This document shows positions 27,855-38,946 of a stretch of 64,000 nucleotides of DNA, piece by piece. Source of the stretch: Octopus vulgaris. Its lineage: Eukaryota. Numbering within the stretch: the stretch's first letter is position 1; every line of letters starts with the position of its first letter. Below the pieces are notes generated by a model, which saw only the letters and a program-made list of their open reading frames with translations, did not search any database and had not been told where the DNA came from. The DNA lies in contig OX597829.1 in assembly GCA_951406725.2 (NCBI GenBank), positions 7,192,001-7,256,000 of the forward strand, in the 5' to 3' direction. The position numbers and the translations under genes were made by a program.

Positions 27855-29092
27855 CGAGGGGCGTTCAATAAGTAATGCCCCTAACCCACTTCCCATAGCA
27901 GTAGAGCAACGAAACTTGGAACAGTTATTAGTCTTTTTCTACATAGGAACCACCCAGAGTTACGCATTTCTCCCATCGTTTGATGCAGCTCTGAAGACCG
28001 TTTTTGTAGAAGACCCCAGCTTGGTCCTCCAACCACGACGTGACTTCAGAAATCAAGGCTGCATCATCTGGGAAACGCTTTCCTTTCAAAAACAACTTCA
28101 TGGCTGGGAAGAGGTGAAAATCAGAGGGATGAGTTCATAGCCGCACTCCTGTGCTTCTGATCTGGCGACACAGGAGTTGTGGATCGGAGCGTTGTCCTGC
28201 AAGAGGAGGATGCCTTTGCTGATCTTGCCCCGCCTCTTGATTTTGATAGCTTCTCTTAATTTCCTCAAAAGTGAAGCATAATAGACTCCTGTAATTGTGG
28301 CACCCTTTGCCAGGAAATCTGTCTTCACTACTCCGTCCTGGTCCCAGAAGACTGTAAGCATGACCTTGCCAGCGGAGGGCTGGACCCTTGCCTTCTTTGG
28401 AGGAGGTGAGTCACGGTGCTTCTACTGCATTGACTGGGCTTTGGTCTCTGGATCATAGTGATGGACCCAGGTTTCATCCTATGCAATCAGTCTTTTGAAA
28501 AATTTTGATTCATCGTCTCGGCACATCTCCAAATTCATCCTCGAGCAATCGACGCGTTCTTGCTTCTGGAAAGGTGTGAGCAACCTGGAAATCCATCTGG
28601 CAGACACCTTTTGCATATGCAAATGGTCATGAATGATAGTTTCCACAGACCCGGTACTAATCTTGACCTCATGGGCTATTTGGCGAATAGTTATGCGTCG
28701 ATCTTCCAAAATGGCAGCCTCAACTTGACAGACAGATGCCTCATCAATGGCAGAAGGGGGCGACCACATCTGGGAGCTGTTTCCACAGAGTTCCGACCAT
28801 GTTTGAATTCACGATGCCATCATTTTACAAGGTCATATGATGGGGCATCATAAGTTACTTTCATTTCATCAAAAGTCTCCCGTGGTGTGCGTCCTTTCAA
28901 ATACAAAAACCGTATCACTGCTCGACACTCAACATGCTCCATTTCACACTTGACTCAGTTCAAACACCTGTAAATCGGAAACCACAATTAGTTCAGAGCT
29001 GTAATTTGCCACTTAATCGATAGAGATATAAATGATTGCACATGCAAACAACTGCAAGTGGGTCAGAGGCATTACTTATTGAACGCCCCTCG
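27855..29092 (-). mobile_element. Full-length mariner with pseudogenised transposase
   Basis: TIRs CGAGGGGCGTTCAATAAGTAATGCC at both ends; DETWVHHYDP, WISRLLT, MLTVFWD and QDNA motifs with stops and frameshifts. Confidence 0.93.
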
Positions 29093-29769
29093 TGCAAGCA
29101 ACAAAACTTCCGTAAACTATATAAAGCTTAAACAAGTTTAACCCTCACCAGACCTAGAATCTCAATGAAGGACAGCTTTGAAACAATAAGAGTACAAGAT
29201 TTCGACACTTAAGCAGTATCATTCATTCCGACGATGTCAAAGGCATCAAAACCAAATACGCCGTTTGAAAAATTATCAACATGAAGTAGACACCAAACAT
29301 TACTTCAATATATTCATTATAGATACTAAACACAAACACGAATATACAGAATTTACATATCACGTGAATTCATTACAAGTCAGAATATGTATATTTAGAT
29401 ACAGCGTTCACAAGCTAGATAACTTACCATTTACTCATTTCACGAATTTGGATAATAGCCATTTAGAATTTGAACCTGAATTAGCGCAAAGATCTGACCG
29501 TGGGTGCTCCAAGCTATTTTCTTGCACACCTATGGCCGCAATAGGTTTGGGAAGATCATAGTTTCAAATGAAACTTCATCGCACAACTATGAAGTCTAAA
29601 TACACTTTTGCGATGGAGAAAGGCTCTGTTAAGAGCTAATTTGTTTCACAAGTCTAGTTCATAGATTAATTTGAATTAATTGATATATTAACCAATGTGG
29701 TTAATATATCTACTAGACACGTGAAACGAATAAGCTTGTATCACCTCGATACAAAAAGAACAATTGAGT

Positions 29770-29982
29770 CGGCGAGCTGGCTGAAACGTTAGCGCGTCGA
29801 GCAAGATGCTGAGCGACACTTCGTCCGTCTTCGCGTTCTGAGTTCAAATTCGGCCGACGTTGACTTTGCTTCTCATGCCTTTAGGGGTCGACAAAAGAAG
29901 TATCAGCTGAACATTGAGATGGATGTAATCAATTATTTTTCTTTCTCCCAAAACGCTGTCCTTGTGCAAGATTTGAAACTAA
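29770..29982 (+). mobile_element. SINE family B, diverged
   Basis: GGCGAGCTGGC.GAAACGTTAGC head, GAGTTCAAAT B box. Confidence 0.75.
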
Positions 29983-31183
29983 TACCAAAATAATAATTTT
30001 AAATTACTCTTCTATTTATTTCAGTGTTCATTATTTGTCCCTTCTATAATCTCTTACTAACACTTATTTTATGGTATAAATATATTTGTCGTATCTTGAC
30101 CAAACAAGAAAAAAGCGAAAAAAAGCAAAGAAAGGAAGATCGTGAACATTTACCGCTAAACTTAATTTCTTTCTTCCAGTACAACTACATAAAAGCGGCA
30201 TTTCATATGACTAAACATTAGATATTGTTTTTAAAACTGAGTCAATCAGACATAAATTAAAAAGTTTTTTTTTGTTTAGACTCGACGTAAGACAATTTGA
30301 AATTCAATAGAATATCCTTCATATCCATTTTTTTAAATATTTCTGTATATTATTACTGTACGTTATATTAAAAACAGTGTTGATATCGAGAAGAAAGTAG
30401 AATATGGTGGAATTTGAATAACGTATCCATAGATACAAAATGAATGCAAATATATTATTGCGGTTATTCCGATGAGCTGTCGGAACGTGTGTGCGCGTGA
30501 GTATGTGTGTGTATTTGTGTGCGCGTAGATATAATTCTCTCAGATTCAACATGATGTTAAAAGATAGCTATCTTTTGGTCTAAGGTTAAAATATATCCTA
30601 ATTATCCAATGGAAGCAAAACGTCCACCCAATCTCGCTTCACTATTTTTCATATTACACCTTCAATAATTAATAAGTCATTTCGCATTATCTAAAAGGTG
30701 TTTCTGTTCCAAACATCACTTTATAAATATATATAACATTAAGTAACATATGACTTTAGTTGTTCAATATTCAAATGTAGAAAACAAAGCTTTGGCAGAG
30801 GAAGTCTAGCAATGATCATGTAATTTTATTATCCCTACAAAATGGGAAACTATTTTTAAGACAAAAAATGGCTTAGCGACAGTTATATTCGATTCTTATA
30901 AATAATATATTTCCAAAGGCAAGACCTTTCGGATTTCAAAAGCACACTAGGTTTACATTGCAAATCCCAAATATAGGAATAGGTTCACCCAGAAGAATGA
31001 AGAAAATATATGAGCTAGGCATTAGATAATATATTTAAATAATCAAAGTAACTGCAAATAATAAAATAATTATTATTGATATTATATTTCCAAAAATATT
31101 TAATGTTAATTTAGTAGGTAAAGAAGTTATTGGTATCTTGGGGTTTGGTGACATGTCTCCTCAAATCTCAAGAATTATTACTA

Positions 31184-31264
<81 letters not shown>

Positions 31265-31818
31265 GAGTGAGAGAGCAGTGCATGCCATCAAAGTGACACT
31301 GGGGTAAAATATACGAAGCCCAGTATACCCATCATGACTACACGTCTGATAAGGGTACACTAGGCACTTGCATTACAACCATGTATGCGCGACATGGTGA
31401 TCTCATATCAAGATAAACAGCACATGACCTTGCAGGTGGGGCCCAGTTAGAATTTTCTTCAGGTCGAGTAACCCATCCCACTCGAAAGGTTCCTGAATAA
31501 GGGTTGTTTAAGGATGTTGAACGAAACACCCATGTTTCCAGAGGTGAATTATTCAAACCCCAAAGAATCCCTCTCAACACACGGCTATGATGCTCCCCCA
31601 CTACTTCTGCTCGTGATCAGAGATGCACATATCGTCAGCCATTAAGGGACATGCTCAACTGGTTAAGGTCAAACAACTGACAAGCAAATCTGTGGTATTG
31701 AGCAGAATATTTGCTGTAGCCCATCTTTTATACCAAGACAAAACAACGTACATGATAACACTTCCAATCAGTTAAGATCAGAAGCCACGGGAGCCACTGC
31801 CTGGTACTGAATCAGGGC

Positions 31819-31820
<2 letters not shown>
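31265..31820. mobile_element. ~555-bp non-coding element flanked by (TTA)n on both sides (copy 1 of 3)
   Basis: Highly similar to 46904-47404 and 47801-48385; no ORF of note. Confidence 0.85.
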
Positions 31821-31898
<78 letters not shown>

Positions 31899-31905
31899 TT
31901 GTTAT

Positions 31906-31936
<31 letters not shown>

Positions 31937-32244
31937 AACATCATTATTATACGCATCGTCATCTTCATCAATATCATCAACAACAACAACAACATCAACA
32001 TCGTTATATGCTCAACTTAAGATCAAGCAACTGACAACCAAACCTGTAACTACCTGATCAGTTCGGACCGTCTCTTACTAAGTTTCTTTTGGAGAAGATC
32101 CGATCCATTGATTAGGTTGTCAGGTATTCTATCTGCTGACACCATACAGTGATGGTGACATACCACGGCTGCTGCTACGCAGACACACGCTGATTCTACA
32201 CTGCCTGCAAATATATTTGTTCATGAAGAACGCATTTTCGCAGC

Positions 32245-32625
32245 TCGTTTCCAGAAATCTTTGGCCTGGTGGTGCTACCGAGAAGCGCTACAGGTTCGAG
32301 ATATACTCTATTGACAGGGATGCGCTGTCAGACGTGATTCTCCGAGATATGCGCAGGGCAACCAAACCGTTCTGAATTAATTTGTTCAGTGGCCGATTAT
32401 TTTTGATTTGTGGAATTATTTCGAATAGCTCCAGTCGCGTGTAGAACGGATCTGGTTATCGGCAGAGTTCATGCTAATGATTGTCCGAGCAAGGAAGGTA
32501 GTTTTCTTTGTGTAGTGTAGAGGTTGTGTAGTGGACGAAGCTGAAAGATATGAAGACAAAAATATTCCTCCTTGGTAGTCTTCATTTACTCTTTTAGTGT
32601 TTCAGCTGTAAAGAATGGTGAGAGT
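32245..32625 (+). mobile_element. Old Tx1/L1-clade 3' fragment
   Basis: TTCCAGAAATCTTTGGCCTGG..TGCTACCGAGAAGCGCTAC matches the FQKSLAWQCYRDAL segment at ~18380. Confidence 0.65.
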
Positions 32626-32849
32626 GGAGAGAGAGAGGGATTATCTTGGATCGAATTCAATTGTACATCATTTCTTTTCTTAATATTATATATTATGGGA
32701 TTTAGGGCGGTGAACTGGCAGAATTGATAGCACATCATATGAAATGCTTATGAGGAAGGGTTTTCTCTATGTCATCGAAGGTTCAGTTAAGAGAAGTTGT
32801 GACTGATGTATGTGAAAAAAAAAAAACTATGACGCAATTCATTCTGCAA

Positions 32850-33487
32850 GAAATTTGAAAACGACATGCAATACTGCTTGGCATTCGCGCCGGAAGCTGC
32901 AATACAAATATTTCAGAGTGTTTGCGCGTCAATCCGAGGACAATGCAATCTGAGTACATGTACCAAGTGTGATAAAAATCAAACATCCACTCAACATCAT
33001 GTTGTTTGAAGTGATGACTAGTAATGGCGATGTTATATCTCCATTCACCTTCCCACATGGCCTCAGACTCAACACAGAGGCCTACATCAAGTGCCTTGAG
33101 GGAGTAGTACTGCCCTAGGTCAAGTGGGTGGCTGCTGGAAGACCCAGTTTCTGGCAACAGGATTCTGCATCATGTCATACAAACAGGAGAGCCTAGTCAT
33201 GGCTGTCAGACAATTTCTGCGACCACATCACCCCTAAAATCTGGCCACCAAACTCCCCATACTTCAACCCCCTTGGTTATGTGCGGGGTGCAGTTGAGTG
33301 AGAGACCAAGAAAACTCCTTTTCTGGAGGCCGTGGTTGAAGCAAATGGCGATTTTATTCAATACGTTTAGTCTTTAGTATTTCAAGATATTTTTATGTAA
33401 TTTTGGTAAATATATCTGTTAAAATGAGATGTCTGTGTTAATTTCATTTTTGCATAATTTAGAGAATAGCTTATTCACCGCACCCTA
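32850..33487 (+). mobile_element. Internally deleted Tc1/mariner-superfamily relic (maT/DD37D-like)
   Basis: WQQDSASCH and IWPPNSP.FNPL motifs; right end CACCGCACCCTATA; left boundary uncertain. Confidence 0.75.
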
Positions 33488-33522
33488 TATATAGATAACT
33501 ATAGGTATTGTTATACATACAT

Positions 33523-33559
<37 letters not shown>

Positions 33560-33808
33560 AGTATGTGTGCCCGCGTATTGCATGTAAGTATTTGTTTTCT
33601 ATATTATCTACATCTCTTTTTTCCCGTTTCTAAAGCCAAAGTCCTGAAATATATGTGGGAAAGGAAATTGCCGGTTCTGCTCTAAATAAAACGAACTTGA
33701 GGATTCCAATATGCACGACAATAAAAGAACTTAGGTTTTGCACTCTTGCCGTCATAAAGTCATCGAAATTATAAGCGAATGCTTTTTCATTATGTAATGA
33801 CATTGTAA

Positions 33809-34012
33809 GGCGACAAGCTAGCAGAATCTTTACGGTGCCGGACAAAATGCTTAGCGACTTTTCGTCCGTCTTTACGTTCAAATTCCGCCTAGGTGCACTT
33901 TGCCTTTCATCTATTCGGGGTCGATAAAATAAGTACTAGTTTATCACTGAAGGTGATAAAATCGACTAACGCCCGCTGCCATACTTGGTGACCTTGTGGA
34001 AAATTAAACCCA
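33809..34012 (+). mobile_element. SINE family B, diverged
   Basis: Homology to 34766-34985. Confidence 0.7.
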
Positions 34013-34321
34013 ATATGTAAAGTGCGCATGTTATAAAATGAAATTAAAATGAAACAATCAAAAAATTTAGTAGGTAAATGGGAAAATATCTTTTTTTAAA
34101 TTATTAAATATTTTTATATCTAAATATTTTCTAATTGGTATTCCTAAAAATATTTATTACAATAAAAGAACTCATCAATTAAATATTACACATTAATTTA
34201 ATTATCTCTGCATCTTATTTCAAGAGAAAAAAAAAGTTAAGGTCATTTCTTGACCACTGCTTGAAAGTGAGCCCACGTTGAAGACAATAAATTTCAAACA
34301 GCTTTACATTGTTTTACATTG

Positions 34322-34413
<92 letters not shown>

Positions 34414-34419
34414 CTGCGG

Positions 34420-34765
34420 TAGATATAAATAGCTGATAATAACAACAATAATACAGGTAGCTGCAGGTCTTAAAAAAACAGTAGATAGCCATAGAATTAA
34501 AATTAATATTTTTTCATGAGGACACACTTGCTAGGAAGAGGGGTTAAAACCCTCACTTAAACTACCAATAACAGTAAAAATAATAGTAGTTGAATCATAG
34601 CAGTGTTATTGTAGTGGTTCAACTGAGGATTTTAACTCCTTTTTCTAGCAGGGAAGTGCCTTGTATGTCCTTATGATAAATATGAATTTTAATTCTATTG
34701 CTATATAATACTATTTAAGGGCTGCAACCAGCTATATTATTGGCGTTGTTATTATCAACTATAAA
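34420..34765. repeat. Degenerate ~155-bp inverted repeat (MITE-like), with a third partial arm at 35340-35415
   Basis: 34420-34575 is the imperfect reverse complement of 34600-34765 (e.g. ATAGAATTAAAATT / AATTTTAATTCTAT). Confidence 0.6.
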
Positions 34766-34985
34766 GGCGGCGAGCTGGCAGACACGTCAGCACGACGGGC
34801 GAAATGCGTAGCCGTATTTCGTCTGTGAATTCAAATTCCGCCGAGGTCGACTTTGCCTTTCATCCTTTCGGGGTCGATAAATTAAGTACCAGTTACGCAC
34901 TGGGGTCAATGTAATCGACTTAATTCGTTTGTCTGTCCTTGTTTGTCTCCTCTATGTTTAGCCCCTTGTGGGTAGTAAAGAAACA
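34766..34985 (+). mobile_element. SINE family B, young, with 16-bp TSD
   Basis: TATTATCAACTATAAA at 34750-34765 and 34986-35001; 3' end TGTTTAGCCCCTTGTGGGTAGTAAAGAAACA. Confidence 0.92.
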
Positions 34986-35442
34986 TATTATCAACTATAA
35001 ATATTTATCATATAAAATAATAACAATAATAATATCTATATAAATATTCACTTCTGAATATTTATTCCTTATACACATATTTACGGTCAAACTGTTCTGA
35101 TTTTTTGCACAAAATTCAGAACGCCGGCTGACTTCAACATGACGAGATGAAATTTTCCACTTGGTAAAACTTGCTGTTGAAGGTCAGAGCTTTTCGCCAG
35201 AACTAGAAATCATGATTCAGCATAGAAATCCATAATACCCAAATAACAATATATATAGCATTGAGCTGTCTTTGGTACGTTAAAATTCTTTAACCCGTTC
35301 GCCCGACTACAGTTGCTTTTCAGCTGAATTTTTTCGGTATTATTGGTGGTTTAACTGAGGTTTTTAACTTCTCTTTCTAGCAGCTAGGCGCCTTGTGTGC
35401 CCTTATGATAAATAAATAACTATATATATAAATATTATATAG

Positions 35443-35495
<53 letters not shown>

Positions 35496-35630
35496 TATAT
35501 ATAGATATCCTAAATTATAATTTTAAATAATTATTACCTTTGAAGGTTTTTATTCTCATGCTGGCCATCTGATAAGATCGGTATTTAAATATCGATCTTA
35601 TCCTTATTTATATAAATTTATGTGTGCGTT

Positions 35631-35717
<87 letters not shown>

Positions 35718-36257
35718 CAGCTAATTTGACTTGTTTCAACATCAGTAGTTGATTGTTGCTTCTCTGTTTATATATGGATGCGAGAAGGGACGGATAGCTG
35801 CCATCTTCAGCAGGCAAGCGTCCATTACCGAGGATGGGAATGTAGCCAGAAACCAGTTGCTCCACTGGGCTTGCTATGCTGGAATGCAAGAGGTTCGCTT
35901 CCTTACTTGCAATAAAACGGAAACACGCCGTGTGCCGTTAACCAGTTGGGAAAGATGTTTAACACGATGTAACCTTTGTTCAGCATGGAACAGCCGCGTA
36001 TAACTGGTAACAAACATTACTGTCTAGTACTGTTACTATGTTATTCTCTTTCAGAGATTTTTAAACCAGCTACTATACATGTGTGTGTGTGTGCGTGTGC
36101 GTGTGCATTCAAATATGAATCAGAATATATATGTGTATATGTGTATGTGTATGTGTGTATGTGTGTATTTCTCTCTATTTCTGTCTGTCTGTCTGTCTCT
36201 CTCTGTCTCTCTCTCTCTCTCTCCACACACACACATATATATATATGTGTGTGTGTT

Positions 36258-36298
<41 letters not shown>

Positions 36299-36742
36299 TT
36301 ATACACAGACATACACGCTTTACAGCCACACACCGCCATGCATTGAACAAGTAACTTCTATTATCGCCTCGGACCGTCAAATGCGTCTGAGGGGATTTCT
36401 TTGCAGGAAACTGTGTGGAAACATGTATGTGTGTGTGTGCACATATATACACACACACACACACGCACACATAGATAAATACATACAATCTTGCAAACTT
36501 AAATATGCACACACGTAATCACACTATGAAGCTCACATATACATACACAAAAAGTATATTTAATGCAGTAACATGCATTTACACATAGAACCATATATCA
36601 TACAACATAATGTACATGTACAGACAAGAATTTATACATCTAGACACACACACACACACATGTATATTTAAACATATACACACACATATGTATATACATA
36701 AACTTTCGAAGAGCATGCATGCTCAATCAGTACCTCTATAAG

Positions 36743-36838
<96 letters not shown>

Positions 36839-37015
36839 AAGAAAAATAAGAAGGTTAACAGCAGGCTGTTTCACCTCATACCGAAGGAATTAGAAATGGC
36901 AGTCAAAGACCGTTTTTCCAATTTCTATAAGTGGAGAATCCAAAAACGAAGGCCCTTACGGCTCACATACACAAAACCGGAGTGGCAAATATACGAATTC
37001 AGTCACTTACCGTTA

Positions 37016-37080
37016 ATAGCGGACATATGTTTCTGGATCGCAAACATGGAAATCAGTTTGAATTCCGTCATCGGCGCTAT
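37016..37080 (-). ncRNA. Type I hammerhead (H5, copy 1)
   Basis: Exact reverse complement of 37857-37921. Confidence 0.75.
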
Positions 37081-37564
37081 ATTCGATAGCTTTACTAAAT
37101 GCCACTAGCCCTCACTTCTGACCCAGCGACATCAGATAGTGGGGGGAAGAGTGCAGATGTTAAAACTAAGTGCCGACTGGGAACGTAAATTTTCCCTCCA
37201 AAATTCTGCCATGCGCGCTTTCTGGGTAATCGTAATGGAATGAGGAATCCACATGGTAATTCAATAAAAATGGTAAATAATTTTCCTGTGGTTTATCATG
37301 TAACCAACAATTATTTACCGGTAAATTTCGGTATGTAAATACGACAAATTAATTGTCAAGACCTTTGTAAGGTTCAGTATATAGTAAAGAAAAAATAAGA
37401 AGGTTAACAGCAGGCTGTTTCACCTCATACCGAAGGAATTAGAAATGGCAGTCAAAGACCGTTTTTCCAATTTCTGTAAGTGGAGAATCCAAAAACGAAG
37501 GCCCTTACGGCTCACATACACAAAACCGGAGTGGCAAATATACGAATTCAGTCACTTACCGTTA

Positions 37565-37629
37565 ATAGCGGACATATGTTTCTGGATCGCAAACATGGAA
37601 ATCAGTTTGAATTCCGTCATCGGCGCTAT
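37565..37629 (-). ncRNA. Type I hammerhead (H5, copy 2)
   Basis: Exact reverse complement of 37857-37921; 549 nt from copy 1. Confidence 0.75.
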
Positions 37630-37856
37630 ATTCGATAGCTTTACTAAATGCCACTATGTGGATTCCTCATTCTAAATGGCACTATGTGGATTCCTCATTC
37701 CATTACGATTACCCAGAAAGCGCGCATGGCAGAATTTTGGAGGGAAAATTTACGTTCCCAGTCGCCACTTAGTTTTAACATCTGCACTCTTCCCCCACTA
37801 TCTGATGTCGCTGGGTCAGAAGTGAGGGCAAGTGGCATTTAGTAAAGCTATCGAAT

Positions 37857-37921
37857 ATAGCGCCGATGACGGAATTCAAACTGATTTCCATGTTTGCGAT
37901 CCAGAAACATATGTCCGCTAT
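37857..37921 (+). ncRNA. Type I hammerhead (H5, copy 3)
   Basis: Stem I AUAGCG/CGCUAU; core CCGAUGA (U4C); stem II GGA/UCC plus CAAAC/GUUUG; GAAA; palindromic stem III ACAUAUGU; GUC cleavage after 37915. Confidence 0.75.
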
Positions 37922-38229
37922 TAACGGTAAGTGACTGAATTCGTATATTTGCCACTCCGGTTTTGTGTATGTGAGCCGTAAGGGCCTTCGTTTTTGGATT
38001 CTCCACTTATAGAAATTGGAAAAACGGTCTTTGACTGCCATTTCTAATTCCTTCGGTATGAGGTGAAACAGCCTGCTGTTAACCTTCTTATTTTTTCTTT
38101 ACTATATACTGAACCTTACAAAGGTCTTGACAATTAATTTGTCGTATTTACATACCGAAATTTACCGGTAAATAATTGTTGGTTACATGATAAACCACAG
38201 GAAAATTATTTACCATTTTTATTGAATTA

Positions 38230-38292
<63 letters not shown>

Positions 38293-38311
38293 GTATATAT
38301 ATATATATGTA

Positions 38312-38826
38312 TCTGTGTATCTAGTACATACTTCGCCTTTTAATGTACTTATATATGAATAATATATGGCCTGTGCTAGAACACCGGCGATAATAATTAA
38401 TTTTATTTTATCGCATTTTGACTTTGTTTACATATTTCTCGATAAATTTTGAGCGTTAGACTATATACCAGAAATCCCTAGTTTGACGGGTACGTTCTGC
38501 GTCTGCGCAGTGATCTGATTAGTAAGAAAGAACAAATTAGTAGACGCGCATGCGTCTATTGAGGTGCGATTTCAGAATAACAGGGATCTTACTGACGAGT
38601 CACCCTGAGTAAATAAATTATTTTTATTGCTGAAAAAGACGAAACTGCAGTATAAGATGAACCGAGTTAGTAAAAGTTTTTATTTTCATTTCACTAAATT
38701 TATCAAGCTTCTGTGTATCTAGTACATACTTCGCCTTTTAATGTACTTATATATGAATAATATATGGCCTGTGCTAGAACACCAGCGATAATAATTAATT
38801 TTATTTTATCGCATTTTGACTTTGTT

Positions 38827-38828
<2 letters not shown>
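38312..38828 (+). mobile_element. Retrozyme/pLTR-like element: 398-bp monomer with 119-bp terminal direct repeat, within (TA)n
   Basis: 38312-38430 repeats at 38710-38828 (1 mismatch seen); central canonical HHR. Confidence 0.85.
38586..38658 (+). ncRNA. Canonical type I hammerhead (H6)
   Basis: Stem I AUCUUA/UAAGAU; CUGACGA; stem II GUC/GAC with G10.1-C11.1; GAAA; palindromic stem III ACUGCAGU; GUA cleavage after 38652. Confidence 0.88.
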
Positions 38829-38858
<30 letters not shown>

Positions 38859-38874
38859 GATAGATAGATAGATG

Positions 38875-38946
<72 letters not shown>

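Larger units (their letters stand above)
36832..38230. mobile_element. Young non-autonomous Penelope-like/retrozyme array: 549-bp-period tandem (36832-37656) plus one inverted full monomer (37684-38230), within (TA)n
   Basis: Near-identical direct and inverted copies, three HHRs, 28-bp duplication across the inversion junction. Confidence 0.85.

Noticed and set aside
29682-29716. 13-bp hairpin followed by CTAG as a Helitron 3' end
   Set aside because: AT-rich hairpin only 2 nt from CTAG; no 5' TC end or second copy seen
36896-38041. Thrice-repeated ORF MAVKDRFSNF...FTKCH
   Set aside because: Repeated only because the element is repeated; antisense to the hammerhead; no recognisable domain
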